Shown one piece after another: positions 1 through 9,869 of a stretch of 64,000 bases of DNA (position 1 is the first letter of the stretch; the number at the start of each line of letters is the position of its first letter). Location: assembly GCA_964631685.1 (NCBI GenBank), contig CAZVZU010000001.1, positions 96,001 through 160,000 on the forward strand, in the 5' to 3' direction. A model generated the notes under the pieces. That model made no database searches. It saw only the letters and a list, made by a program, of their open reading frames with translations, and was not told where the DNA came from. The position numbers were made by a program, and so were the translations under genes. The stretch is from an uncultured Actinomycetes bacterium. GTDB taxonomy: Bacteria > SZUA-79 > Acidulodesulfobacterales > Acidulodesulfobacteraceae.

Positions 1-54
1 AAGATAATAGATATTGCGAAAAATGCTATAAAAGATTTTTACGGTAGTCAGTAA
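1..54 (+). CDS. 3' end of an upstream gene (KIIDIAKNAIKDFYGSQ*); possibly fliA by synteny
   Basis: Open frame from base 1 to TAA at 52-54; identity inferred only from the usual fliA-cheY order. Confidence 0.3.
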   Translation, partial: KIIDIAKNAIKDFYGSQ

Positions 55-100
55 ATAATGAATTTTATAGTCAACTTATAATGCAAAAGGGTGCTTAAAT

Positions 101-484
101 ATGGCTTTAGATTTGTCAATGAAACTTCTTGTGGTAGATGATTTTTCAACTATGAGGAGAATTATTAAAAATATTTTAAAACAAATAGGATTTACAAATG
201 TGGATGAAGCTGAAAATGGACAAGTTGCTCTATCAAAATTGTTAGATGGCAATTATGATTTTGTTGTATCGGATTGGAATATGCCTGAAATGAGTGGGAT
301 TGAATTATTAAAAAGTGTCAGAGCGAATGAAAAGATAAAAGATTTACCGTTTTTAATGGTTACCGCAGAGGCAAAAAAGGAAAATGTTGTCGAGGCTGTT
401 AAAGCGGGGGTTAATAATTATATCGTCAAGCCTTTTACGGCGGAAATTCTTCAAGAAAAGATTTCGAAAATATTTCCGGATTGA
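101..484 (+). CDS. cheY: Chemotaxis response regulator CheY
   Basis: [25 protein letters not shown] motifs. Confidence 0.97.
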   Translation: MALDLSMKLLVVDDFSTMRRIIKNILKQIGFTNVDEAENGQVALSKLLDGNYDFVVSDWNMPEMSGIELLKSVRANEKIKDLPFLMVTAEAKKENVVEAVKAGVNNYIVKPFTAEILQEKISKIFPD

Positions 485-517
485 TTAAACATACTAAGGG
501 GGAGGGATAGACTATTA

Positions 518-2515
518 ATGATAGATGATTCAATGAAAGAAATAGTCGATGATTTTGTCCAGGAGGCATTAGAATTACTTGAGAGCCTTAATGAAAATTT
601 TGTTGAGCTCGAGAAGGATCCCGAAAACAAAGAACTATTAAATACTATTTTTAGAGCGGCACATACAATAAAGGGTTCAGCCGGGTTTTTGGGTTTTCAG
701 AATATTGTCGAGTTAGCTCATAGCGCGGAAAATATTTTAAATAGACTTAGGCAAGGTGAAATTAAACTTACCTCAGATATGATGGACTATTTGCTAAAGG
801 CGATAGACGCATTAAAGGTTATGATTGTGGCCGTGTCTGAAACGGGAACGGAAGGCGATGCATTGTCGGAGAATGAAGTACTTATTAAACAACTCAACGA
901 TACGGCGGAAGGCAAAGTATTACAGAAAGAGGAGCCGAAAGATAATACAGATAAAACTGTAGATGCTAAAACCGATGCTAATATGGAAATAGAAAGCCGG
1001 TCGGATACATCTCAAGGTTCTGTAAAAACAGATAAAAAAAGAGTAAGGAACCTTGGCGATATATTGCTAGAGGACAACCTTATTTCTAAGGAAGAATTGG
1101 AGCAAATTTACAAAGAGAAAGAGGAAGAGGAACGTAAACAGTCTAAGCAAGAAGACAAGCCACCACAAGAAGACAAGCCACCACAAGAAGACAAGCAAGA
1201 AGTAAGGCCACCGGCTTCTCCTCCACAAGAACCAAAGAACTTACATCAATTGCATCAAATGCCAGAAGTAAAAGAGACTACTATTAGGGTTAATATTAAT
1301 AGACTTGATAACGTTATGAATCTTGTCGGAGAACTTGTTCTTGCAAGAAATAGGCTATTTAACATTTCCTCCAAATTAGAGGTTAAATACGAAAGTGACG
1401 ACCTTGCATCTGCATTGACCCAGGTTGTGTCTAACTTAAATCTTGTTACCACCGATCTTCAGCTTGCGGTTATGAAAACAAGAATGCAACCGGTTAAAAA
1501 GGTGTTCGGCAAATTTCCAAGGATGGTGAGAGACCTTTCAAGGGAAATGGGTAAAGAAATCGAACTGCAAATATATGGCGAAGAAACAGAGTTAGATAAA
1601 TCGGTCATAGAAGAGATAGGAGATCCACTCGTTCATTTGATAAGAAATAGCGTTGATCACGGGGTAGAAACCAAAGAAGATAGAGTAAAGGCAGGCAAAA
1701 ATGCAACAGGGACGATCAAGCTAAGTGCCGAACACGAAGGAAACTATATTGTAATAAGTGTTTCTGATGACGGAAAAGGCATGGATCCCGATATTTTAAA
1801 AAAGAAAGCCGTGGAAAAAGGGGTGATAGATGATAAAACAGCAATGAATCTTTCTGACAAGGATGCCCTGAGTTTAATTTTTACACCTGGTTTTAGCACT
1901 AAAGACAAGGCTACCGAGATTTCAGGAAGGGGTGTGGGAATGGATGTGGTCAAAACAAATATACAAAAAATAAACGGTATTATAGAGATAGAATCTCAAA
2001 TTGGACAAGGCTCGGCGGTGATATTAAAACTTCCATTAACTGTTGCAATAATTCAGACTCTTATTGTCGGCGCGGGTACTGGCGTATTTGCTGTTCCTCT
2101 TAGCTCGGTTGTTGAAACATTAAGGATAGCCGAGTCGTCCATACAGACAATTGATAGGCATGAGGTGATAAATCTAAGGAAGTCAGTTTTATCCTTGCTT
2201 AGGCTTAGGGAAGAATTTGGTATAGAAAATTCAGAGGATGGTGATTTAGATTCTTCTGCGTATAAGCCGGGTGATTTACGCGAGGATTCAATACCATCGG
2301 AAAAAGAAGTTTACGTTGTCGTGGTTGCCCTGGCAGAAAAGAAAATAGGCATAATGGTTGATGAGTTGTATGGACAAGAAGAGGTTGTAATTAAATCGCT
2401 AGGCGATTATAAATTAGGGTACGATGGTATTTCGGGTGCGACAATCACTGGCGACGGGAAGGTTGTTCTTATCATAGATGTGGCTTCTATGATAGAATCT
2501 GTCAAAGTAAGATAA
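518..2515 (+). CDS. cheA: Chemotaxis histidine kinase CheA (no P2 domain)
   Basis: HPt IFRAAHTIKG, HLIRNSVDHG, SGRGVGMDVV, C-terminal CheW domain. Confidence 0.97.
   Translation: MIDDSMKEIVDDFVQEALELLESLNENFVELEKDPENKELLNTIFRAAHTIKGSAGFLGFQNIVELAHSAENILNRLRQGEIKLTSDMMDYLLKAIDALKVMIVAVSETGTEGDALSENEVLIKQLNDTAEGKVLQKEEPKDNTDKTVDAKTDANMEIESRSDTSQGSVKTDKKRVRNLGDILLEDNLISKEELEQIYKEKEEEERKQSKQEDKPPQEDKPPQEDKQEVRPPASPPQEPKNLHQLHQMPEVKETTIRVNINRLDNVMNLVGELVLARNRLFNISSKLEVKYESDDLASALTQVVSNLNLVTTDLQLAVMKTRMQPVKKVFGKFPRMVRDLSREMGKEIELQIYGEETELDKSVIEEIGDPLVHLIRNSVDHGVETKEDRVKAGKNATGTIKLSAEHEGNYIVISVSDDGKGMDPDILKKKAVEKGVIDDKTAMNLSDKDALSLIFTPGFSTKDKATEISGRGVGMDVVKTNIQKINGIIEIESQIGQGSAVILKLPLTVAIIQTLIVGAGTGVFAVPLSSVVETLRIAESSIQTIDRHEVINLRKSVLSLLRLREEFGIENSEDGDLDSSAYKPGDLREDSIPSEKEVYVVVVALAEKKIGIMVDELYGQEEVVIKSLGDYKLGYDGISGATITGDGKVVLIIDVASMIESVKVR
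1148..1195 (+). repeat. 18-bp in-frame tandem repeat (CAAGAAGACAAGCCACCA x2.7) in the CheA linker
   Basis: Seen directly; encodes QEDKPP QEDKPP QEDK. Confidence 0.9.
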
Positions 2516-2540
2516 AACAATGATAAGGAGCGTTTGATTT

Positions 2541-3599
2541 ATGAGTGAAGAAAAACGGGTTTTAATAGTCGATGATTCTGCATTTATGAGAAGGGCGATA
2601 GCATCTCTTTTAGAAGGAGAGAGTGATATAAAAGTTGCAGGATTTGCCAAGGATGGAGAGGATGCACTTAGACAAATTCAAGATTTAAAGCCTGACATTG
2701 TTACGATGGACATAGAAATGCCTAAGATGGACGGATTAACGGCCCTTAAAATTATTATGGATAAATTTCCTCTTCCTGTGATAATGCTCAGCTCCCTCAC
2801 TAATGAAGGAGCCAAGGCCACATTGGATGCTCTTGATCTGGGGGCGGCGGACTACATTCCTAAGAGTCTTTCCAACGTATCGTTGAATATATTAAAGATA
2901 AAAGATGATCTCGTTGCCAAGGTTAGAGCTGTTACGGCAAAAAAATATATTTTTCATGCATCTCACGATAGCAGTGAATTTTCGCAGACAAAAATATTTA
3001 AAAAAGGTTCATGGAATAAAAAAATTGATATAGTAGCGATAGGCTCCTCAACAGGTGGTCCAAGGGCGCTCCAAGATATTATACCTAACATTCCTGAAGA
3101 TTTTCCCGTTCCGATAATTTTAATCCAGCATATGCCAAAAGCATTCACGGGACCCTTTGCCGAAAGATTAACCGCTATTTCTCACATTAAAGTTGTTGAG
3201 ACCTCCGGAGGTGAAATAATTAAAGGCGGGACGGCTTATCTATCGCCAGGTGACAAACATCTTACCTTAAAAAAAATCGGTGCCGGTGAAGTCACGATAT
3301 CCCTTTCAGATGAGCCAACGGATTTAATAAATAGACCTTCTGTAAGTGTTATGATGGAATCTGCGGCATATGTACATCCGGGAAGTACATTGGGTGTTAT
3401 ATTAACAGGAATGGGTTCGGACGGCTTGTCGGGCATGAAAAGTATTAAGAAATCCGGCGGAAAAACCATTGCGCAGAATGAAGCTACTTGTGTTGTCTAT
3501 GGTATGCCAAAGGCTATAGTCGATGAGGGCTTGGCAGATATTGTCCTTCCCGTATATAAAATATGCGATGAAATTATTAGGGAAGTTATTTTACCGTAA
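2541..3599 (+). CDS. cheB: Chemotaxis methylesterase CheB
   Basis: REC domain plus GSSTGGP, QHMP, LTGMGSDG. Confidence 0.97.
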   Translation: MSEEKRVLIVDDSAFMRRAIASLLEGESDIKVAGFAKDGEDALRQIQDLKPDIVTMDIEMPKMDGLTALKIIMDKFPLPVIMLSSLTNEGAKATLDALDLGAADYIPKSLSNVSLNILKIKDDLVAKVRAVTAKKYIFHASHDSSEFSQTKIFKKGSWNKKIDIVAIGSSTGGPRALQDIIPNIPEDFPVPIILIQHMPKAFTGPFAERLTAISHIKVVETSGGEIIKGGTAYLSPGDKHLTLKKIGAGEVTISLSDEPTDLINRPSVSVMMESAAYVHPGSTLGVILTGMGSDGLSGMKSIKKSGGKTIAQNEATCVVYGMPKAIVDEGLADIVLPVYKICDEIIREVILP

Positions 3600-3655
3600 T
3601 AGTAAGAACATCTTGATCATGCGTAATTATAATTTTATTAATTGGAGGAAGGTTT

Positions 3656-4171
3656 ATGGATGTTGTTAATCAAGCAAACAATCAAATAGATAAAAAAGAA
3701 AATAATGCCAAATCAGGAGAAGTGGTTCAGCTCGTTACCTTCCGTATGGGAAATGAGGAGTTTGCTCTTGATATTTTAAAGGTTCAGGAGATCAATAGAA
3801 TTGTTGATATAACGGGCGTCCCTAAGGCTCCAGACTTTGTGAAGGGTGTTATTAATTTAAGGGGCAGGGTGATTCCTGTAGTAGATATAAGAAAAAAATT
3901 TCACCTTAAGATAAAAGCAGTAACAAAAGAGACTAGAATTATCGTTGTAAATATTATGAGTAAAACTATAGGTCTTATTGTTGATTCTGTTTCGGAGGTA
4001 TTAAGGATAGATTCTAATACCATACAGCCGCCACCTCCGTTAATTGCAGGTCTTGATTCCGACTATATAAAGGGTGTCGGTAAATTAGACGATAGGCTTA
4101 TAATACTCTTAGACATAGATAAAATATTTACAACGGGGGAACATAGGCTTATAGAAGGTATGGTAAATTAG
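3656..4171 (+). CDS. cheW: Chemotaxis adaptor CheW
   Basis: VPKAPDFVKGVINLRGRVIPVVD. Confidence 0.96.
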   Translation: MDVVNQANNQIDKKENNAKSGEVVQLVTFRMGNEEFALDILKVQEINRIVDITGVPKAPDFVKGVINLRGRVIPVVDIRKKFHLKIKAVTKETRIIVVNIMSKTIGLIVDSVSEVLRIDSNTIQPPPPLIAGLDSDYIKGVGKLDDRLIILLDIDKIFTTGEHRLIEGMVN

Positions 4172-4206
4172 TATCGTGTTAATATAATTTAAAATTTTAC
4201 TACATT

Positions 4207-4998
4207 ATGGAAGGCAGAAAGACCCCGTATATTTTTGCTACGGCAAATCAAAAAGGAGGCGTAGGAAAAACAACAACTGCAATAACTCTAGGTAGTTCCT
4301 TATCGCTTTTTGGTTACAGGGTGCTCTTAATAGACCTTGATCCTCAAGCCAGTCTTACCAATCACTTAGCTGTAGAACCGGAAAAACTCGAATATTCTGT
4401 CAGTAATGTAATAGTGTCTCAATCTTTTGTGCCCGACGATGTTATCATAAATAAATATAGGTTAAAGACAGGTGGGTGTATTGATTTAATACCATCCAAT
4501 ATTAATCTTGCAAGAATTGAAGCAGAACTTTCGGTTTTGAAGGGCGGCGGACTAAGGTTAAAAGAAAAATTAAAGTTTTTGCCGGATGATTACGATTACA
4601 TAGTAATAGACTCGTCTCCTGCGTTGAGCGTTCTTCTTATTAGTGCTATTGCGGCGAGCGATGAGGTTATTATTCCCGTTATGTCCGATTTTTTATCGGC
4701 GAGGGGGGTTGAGTTACTGCTTGCGACTATTGAAAAGATTGAAACGGCGATAAATATAAAGTGTAAGTATAAGCTTTTGATTACTATGTTTGATAGGAGG
4801 ACCAATTCATCTTGGAAGTCCTTGGATTATTTTAAAAATAAGTACCAGAGTCGTCATTTTAATAGTATAATTAATATAGATACAAAATTTAGAGATGCAA
4901 GCTTAATGAGGAAGCCTCTAACGTATATGGATGCAAATGCCAGAGGGGCTTTGGATTATGTTAATGTGGCAAAAGAAATAATAGATGGACGTAAATGA
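4207..4998 (+). CDS. ParA/Soj-family ATPase in che operon (ParC-like)
   Basis: NQKGGVGKTTT deviant Walker A, DLDPQ, IDSSP. Confidence 0.9.
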   Translation: MEGRKTPYIFATANQKGGVGKTTTAITLGSSLSLFGYRVLLIDLDPQASLTNHLAVEPEKLEYSVSNVIVSQSFVPDDVIINKYRLKTGGCIDLIPSNINLARIEAELSVLKGGGLRLKEKLKFLPDDYDYIVIDSSPALSVLLISAIAASDEVIIPVMSDFLSARGVELLLATIEKIETAINIKCKYKLLITMFDRRTNSSWKSLDYFKNKYQSRHFNSIINIDTKFRDASLMRKPLTYMDANARGALDYVNVAKEIIDGRK

Positions 4999-5039
4999 TA
5001 ATAGTAAATTTAATAGGGAAAGCAGGGAGGTAAGGGAAA

Positions 5040-5777
5040 GTGGATAATATTGCAGCGCCACGCGGCACAGAAGGATTTAGATCTGACGGTTTGGATTTGG
5101 TAACTTCATGGGTCGGAAATCTTTTGAGTTCAAGTGAGGAAGATGGCAAAGAAAAATCGTCCATAGACACAGTCAAACCTGTTTCATTAAATTCCCAAAA
5201 AGAATCGGCACAGATTATCGCTTATCCTATTGACAGAATATTATCCCATGGAAAGGCCGATGCTGTCATTGTGAGTCCTGAAGAGTTTTGTTTAGAAGAG
5301 GTAAAAAAACGGGATATCCTTCCTATAATAAAGATTGATCCGAACAAGAAGTCGTCGTATTTTACGTTCACTTCGGGTGTTTCTTTTTACGGTCTGCCGG
5401 TCGAAAACATAAATGAAATAATAAGATATCAAGAACCTGTTAATATTTCTTCAAAAAAAGCTGGACTTTTAGGGTTGCTCCATTATAGGACAAGGATTAT
5501 ACCTATTTATAATTTTTCATCTATAGTAGCTGCTCCTATAGAGTCAAAGACTGTTTTTAAGTTTATTATCGTTTGTATCTACGAGAATAAGATGTTTGGT
5601 TTAGCTGTTAGGAACATTAAAAATATAATGAAAATTAAAAACAAAAATCTTATTGCGTCTGCCACATTTAGATTTTGGGGTTCTAATGCGATATGCTCTG
5701 ATGTTTTTGAAGATGAAGCCGAAAGATTTTACTCAGTGGTTGATGTAAAAAGCGTTTATGACTATTTAAAAACATGA
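5040..5777 (+). CDS. CheW-domain protein with N-terminal extension (ParP-like)
   Basis: C-terminal YGLPVENINEII..LLGLLHYRTRIIPIYN resembles CheW. Confidence 0.7.
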   Translation: MDNIAAPRGTEGFRSDGLDLVTSWVGNLLSSSEEDGKEKSSIDTVKPVSLNSQKESAQIIAYPIDRILSHGKADAVIVSPEEFCLEEVKKRDILPIIKIDPNKKSSYFTFTSGVSFYGLPVENINEIIRYQEPVNISSKKAGLLGLLHYRTRIIPIYNFSSIVAAPIESKTVFKFIIVCIYENKMFGLAVRNIKNIMKIKNKNLIASATFRFWGSNAICSDVFEDEAERFYSVVDVKSVYDYLKT

Positions 5778-6058
5778 TAGATTTAGTCGAACTTCAGCAG
5801 ATTATTTCCAATTTGCCTTCTATCGAAAAGGTTGCGTCTACGCCTCAAGCTTTGGCTGTTAATTTGAATAACATAGCGCAAAAGGAGATGAAGGATGACG
5901 ATACCAAAAAGCTGAGTACTGTCGTTGAGTTAAGCGAGGTGTTGGAACCTATTAATGACAAAAATAAAAATTCAAAGAACAAAGAGAAGTCTTCACCTGA
6001 GTCTGATACGGAAGAGTCGGATAACGAAGGCGTTCCGCATATCAATATAACTGCATGA
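5774..6058 (+). CDS. Hypothetical protein, flagellar region
   Basis: ORF coupled to upstream gene by ATGA overlap. Confidence 0.65.
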   Translation: MIDLVELQQIISNLPSIEKVASTPQALAVNLNNIAQKEMKDDDTKKLSTVVELSEVLEPINDKNKNSKNKEKSSPESDTEESDNEGVPHINITA

Positions 6059-6065
6059 GCATGTA

Positions 6066-6938
6066 ATGATTGACAATCCTACTATTTTCTCCGACAACGT
6101 TCAATCTACCGCGCAGTTTAAAGCTTTGGATGGTAAAATAATATCTCTTGATGAGAACGTCGGGCTTTTTTTGAAACTAATGGATTCCGGAAAGATTATT
6201 GAGGTGCGGTTAATAGATGTCAATGACAGTTTTTCCGGGGTATTTAGTTTTAACGGCAAATTGTTTAATGCCCAGATTCCTAAAGATTTGTACGACGAAT
6301 TTGTTTTAAGTTCAACGACCGGCGATAATTTAGGTATAACAGTAAAGTTACAATTGAGTGGTGTTAGGGATAATGAGGTAACCCTTAAGATTATAAACGA
6401 CATAAGTAACGAAAATATTAAAAAAGCTGTAGAATTATATAATTTAGCCTATTCCGATGATGTAGCGGGACGTTTTAGATCTGCCCTAAATGGAGAGTTT
6501 ACCCTTAATACCGGAGGTATAAATGTATCGGTTAAAGGGAATTTTTTATTCATTCACTTCAACTTCAATATAGGGTTGGGAAATTTTAACATTGTTTTAA
6601 CTGCAAATCCCATGTATCATGGCGAGATTTGGAATGATGAGAGCTCCGGAAAAAAAATAGGCAAAAAAATGACGAGGTATTCATTTATGATAGAGGTAGA
6701 ATTTGAGTCACTTGGTTATATTAAATTGTTTTCTTATTACATTAATCGCACATTATCCGTTAATTTTAAAAATTGTTCTAAGATTGCGCACGATGCAATA
6801 AGAAATAATCTTTCGATGCTTAAGGATATGTTATCGTCAGAGGGGATAGCACTTAAAGAAATAGTATTCAGCGCTGAAGATAAAGACGTACATAACAATG
6901 ATTTATTTAACAATAATATAATAAATGAAAGGATATAA
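6066..6938 (+). CDS. FliK C-terminal-domain-like protein
   Basis: EFESLGYIKL..LSVNF..IRNNLSMLKDMLSSEGI resembles the FliK C-domain; precedes an flhB-like gene. Confidence 0.6.
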   Translation: MIDNPTIFSDNVQSTAQFKALDGKIISLDENVGLFLKLMDSGKIIEVRLIDVNDSFSGVFSFNGKLFNAQIPKDLYDEFVLSSTTGDNLGITVKLQLSGVRDNEVTLKIINDISNENIKKAVELYNLAYSDDVAGRFRSALNGEFTLNTGGINVSVKGNFLFIHFNFNIGLGNFNIVLTANPMYHGEIWNDESSGKKIGKKMTRYSFMIEVEFESLGYIKLFSYYINRTLSVNFKNCSKIAHDAIRNNLSMLKDMLSSEGIALKEIVFSAEDKDVHNNDLFNNNIINERI

Positions 6939-7200
6939 AAATCTTAAGGCTTCGGCTTTAAGATATAACAAAAAAGAGGAAGACGCCCCCGTCGTGGTTG
7001 CAAAGGGCAAGGGTAAGGTTGCTGAAAAGATAATAGCAATAGCAAATAAAGAGAATATTCCCGTGATAGAAGACAAAGCCCTCGCCGATGTATTGGATAT
7101 GCTTGATATATATGAGGAGATTCCGTCGGAACTTTATAAAGTCTTTGCACAATTATTTGCATTTATTTATAAAGTTAATGAAAAATATCGAAAAGCTTAA
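6925..7200 (+). CDS. FlhB C-terminal-like export switch protein
   Basis: ALRY..APVVVAKGKGKVAEKII..EIPSELY. Confidence 0.9.
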   Translation: MKGYKNLKASALRYNKKEEDAPVVVAKGKGKVAEKIIAIANKENIPVIEDKALADVLDMLDIYEEIPSELYKVFAQLFAFIYKVNEKYRKA

Positions 7201-7202
7201 AA

Positions 7203-7919
7203 TTAAAGCCCTCTCATTGCCGCTACGATTTCTCGTTGCCTTTTAAATATATACCTGAACATTATATCTTGCTCTTTTGGTTTAAGATTAATTATTTGTG
7301 CGCCTATTTTATATTTAAGATTGTCGAGTCTCGCCAAGGATCTTATTTCTATTTTAACGGTGATTACCGGAAGGTTACCAGGAAATTCAAGCTTTACCCC
7401 TGTTATCACTGTATGTTTTTTTATTTTGAAATCCAATAGGAATGAAATTCCTTCGCCTGCAATGTCGAACACATGAGCGTCAAAATATTGATCATGCAAC
7501 AAGAAACCCAATTTTACCGGTTCATTTAACGATGGTTCTGTTCTGAAATACTTTCTTTTTTCTACCGATAATATCTCTATAGGTTTATAGATATCAAAAG
7601 CGATGTAATCCTGCTTTCTCTTGAAGTTTTGAAGTTTTGATAAAAAAAAGTGATCGTTATTTTTGAATTTAAAACCTATTTTAAGATATGAAGACCCGAT
7701 GATATCTAAGTTGCCGCTTTGAGGAATAAGGGAGTCAATGATTATATAATCATTGGTTATTCTTACTATATTGCTTGAATACTCGTTATTGGATGGTACG
7801 GGATATATTATAAGATTCCTTTTCATATTACGAAATCCCTTGAGAATATTATCTATCTCCGTTTTTTTAGAGTAGATATTTATATCCGGATTTCTTTTTA
7901 ATTTTTTAACGTCGAACAT
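7203..7919 (-). CDS. PilZ/YcgR-type c-di-GMP-binding flagellar brake protein
   Basis: EKRKYFR (RxxxR) and DIAGEG motifs; FRYIFKRQRE end. Confidence 0.85.
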   Translation of the reverse strand: MFDVKKLKRNPDINIYSKKTEIDNILKGFRNMKRNLIIYPVPSNNEYSSNIVRITNDYIIIDSLIPQSGNLDIIGSSYLKIGFKFKNNDHFFLSKLQNFKRKQDYIAFDIYKPIEILSVEKRKYFRTEPSLNEPVKLGFLLHDQYFDAHVFDIAGEGISFLLDFKIKKHTVITGVKLEFPGNLPVITVKIEIRSLARLDNLKYKIGAQIINLKPKEQDIMFRYIFKRQREIVAAMRGL

Positions 7920-8012
7920 AGAATTATTGTCTTGTTTGTTATCTATTAAGTATTGAGACTTGTAGATTATAAATCAATTTTTTGTTTAATATCAATATTT
8001 TTTTTGTTTTAG

Positions 8013-8056
8013 AGGTATATTTTTCCTTTTATTTAAGAATAAGGAAATTTTTTCCT
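8013..8056. promoter_or_regulatory. Two AGG-N9-CCT dyads, candidate enhancer sites for a flagellar sigma54 activator
   Basis: AGGTATATTTTTCCT (8013-8027) and AGGAAATTTTTTCCT (8042-8056), about 90-130 bp upstream of a sigma54 site. Confidence 0.5.
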
Positions 8057-8142
8057 ATCAAATTTTAAAGTTGAAGAGTGAATGACTCGGATAAAAGTCA
8101 ATACAGGGAAACTAATGCCTGTATCTGTGTATTTTAATCATT

Positions 8143-8159
8143 TTGGCATATTTTTTGCT
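8143..8159 (+). promoter_or_regulatory. sigma54 (-24/-12) promoter of the flgFG operon
   Basis: TTGGCATATTTTTTGCT = GG-N10-GC upstream of flgF. Confidence 0.8.
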
Positions 8160-8217
8160 GAGTTACATATATATAGTTATATTATAACAAAAATTTATAT
8201 GAGGATAAAAAGTCAAT

Positions 8218-8994
8218 ATGAACGGCGGTTTATATATTGCTCTGAGCGGAGTAGTTGCAGAGAGACAAAAACTTGACATAATCACCGATAATTTATCTAA
8301 TGCAAATACTGTGGGATATAAAAGTAGCGGATCTGTTTTCGGGGAGTTTTTATCACGTAAGACCGTTCAGATTTTTAATACAGGAAGCAATAAGCCCCTT
8401 GTAGATAAGGCTTATCCTGTAACTCTTAACAGTTATACGAATATTTCTGAGGGACCTATTAAGAAAACGGGTAATAGGCTTGATCTGGCAATCAATGGAA
8501 ACGGATTTTTTGTTTTGCAAACCCCAAATGGGATTAGGTTTACTAAAAACGGGGCTTTTTCCTTGAATAATGCAGGGGAGCTTGTCAATCAGAACGGATT
8601 TTTTGTTCTTGGGACAAATAAAAAGCCGATTATTTTAAACGAAAGAGGTTCAGACGTTACCATCACAAAGATGGGCATAGTAAATTTGACCGATTCATTG
8701 TCGAATAATGTGTCGTCTTACGGTAAAATTCTTACGGTTAAGTTCAAAAAACCTGAATATCTGTCGAAATCAGGCGATATCTTGTTTTCGGCAACCAAGG
8801 ATTCCGGCAGTCCCGTTCAGGATAATAATCCGGATATGTTACAGGGATTCATAGAGGGATCAAATGTAAATATAATTAAAGATATGGCTGAGATGATTAA
8901 TGTTTCGCAAATTCATAGCAATATGATAGCGGTGTTAAAATCATATTCTCATGTCAATAATACTGCCATTAATACTATCGGCGCACCGGTTTAG
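8218..8994 (+). CDS. flgF: Flagellar basal-body rod protein FlgF
   Basis: NLSNANTVGYK, TGNRLDLAING, EGSNVN; precedes flgG. Confidence 0.9.
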   Translation: MNGGLYIALSGVVAERQKLDIITDNLSNANTVGYKSSGSVFGEFLSRKTVQIFNTGSNKPLVDKAYPVTLNSYTNISEGPIKKTGNRLDLAINGNGFFVLQTPNGIRFTKNGAFSLNNAGELVNQNGFFVLGTNKKPIILNERGSDVTITKMGIVNLTDSLSNNVSSYGKILTVKFKKPEYLSKSGDILFSATKDSGSPVQDNNPDMLQGFIEGSNVNIIKDMAEMINVSQIHSNMIAVLKSYSHVNNTAINTIGAPV

Positions 8995-9063
8995 TGTTCT
9001 GGGTGGCCATAAAGAAAAAGTCGTATGTCATGCTATACTATTGTCAACGGAGGTAACAGATAA

Positions 9064-9849
9064 ATGAGGGCATTATGGACGGCTTCCACTGGTATGGAAG
9101 CGCAACAAACAGAAATAGATAATATTGCAAATAATCTTGCAAATACCAATACAACGGGTTACAAAGAATCAAGGGTTAATTTTGAGGACCTTTTTTATCA
9201 GACAATTAAATCTCCGGGGGCGTATTCCTCGGAATATACCCAAGTGCCAACGGGTATCCAAATTGGTTTGGGCGTGAAGGTTTCATCCGTAGAGAAGCAG
9301 TTTACACAAGGAGATCTTCAGCATACATCTAATCCTTTTGATTTAGCGATATCGGGTCAGGGTTTTTTCCAGATACAAATGCCAAGTGGTGAAGCGGCGT
9401 ATACTAGAGATGGGACCTTTCAGGCAAATTCTCAGGGTCAACTTGTGGATGCTAATGGGTATCAACTTGTACCGCCTATCACCGTACCTCCGAATGCGAC
9501 GTCTGTTACTATTTCGCAAAACGGCACTGTCTCTGCGGTTGTTTCAGGCCAGACAAATCCTGTGCAGATTGGTACGCTCACGCTTGCCAATTTTATCAAT
9601 CCTGCGGGACTTAACAGTGTCGGCCACAATATTTATTTGCAGACTTCGGCTTCTGGTGTCCCACAAATTGGCAGCCCGGATCAAAATGGTTTTGGAACGA
9701 TTCAGCAAGGCTTTTTGGAAATGTCAAATGTAAATTTGGTAGGACAAATGGTATCAATGATTACCGCTCAAAATGCGTACACGATAGATTCTAAAGCGAT
9801 AACAATTGCAAATCGTATGCTTCAAACTGCGGCAGGATTGATACCGTAA
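9064..9849 (+). CDS. flgG: Flagellar distal rod protein FlgG
   Basis: MRALWTASTGMEAQQ, FEDLFYQ, YTRDG, LEMSNV. Confidence 0.96.
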   Translation: MRALWTASTGMEAQQTEIDNIANNLANTNTTGYKESRVNFEDLFYQTIKSPGAYSSEYTQVPTGIQIGLGVKVSSVEKQFTQGDLQHTSNPFDLAISGQGFFQIQMPSGEAAYTRDGTFQANSQGQLVDANGYQLVPPITVPPNATSVTISQNGTVSAVVSGQTNPVQIGTLTLANFINPAGLNSVGHNIYLQTSASGVPQIGSPDQNGFGTIQQGFLEMSNVNLVGQMVSMITAQNAYTIDSKAITIANRMLQTAAGLIP

Positions 9850-9869
9850 ATATATATTTTAATAAAAAA

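Noticed and set aside
4985..5047. Short ORF overlapping the parA stop, suggesting a frameshifted start of the CheW-like gene
   Set aside because: GTG 5040 has its own GGAGG RBS, so no frameshift is needed
8082..8276. 64-aa ORF upstream of flgF
   Set aside because: Spans the sigma54 promoter; no coding evidence
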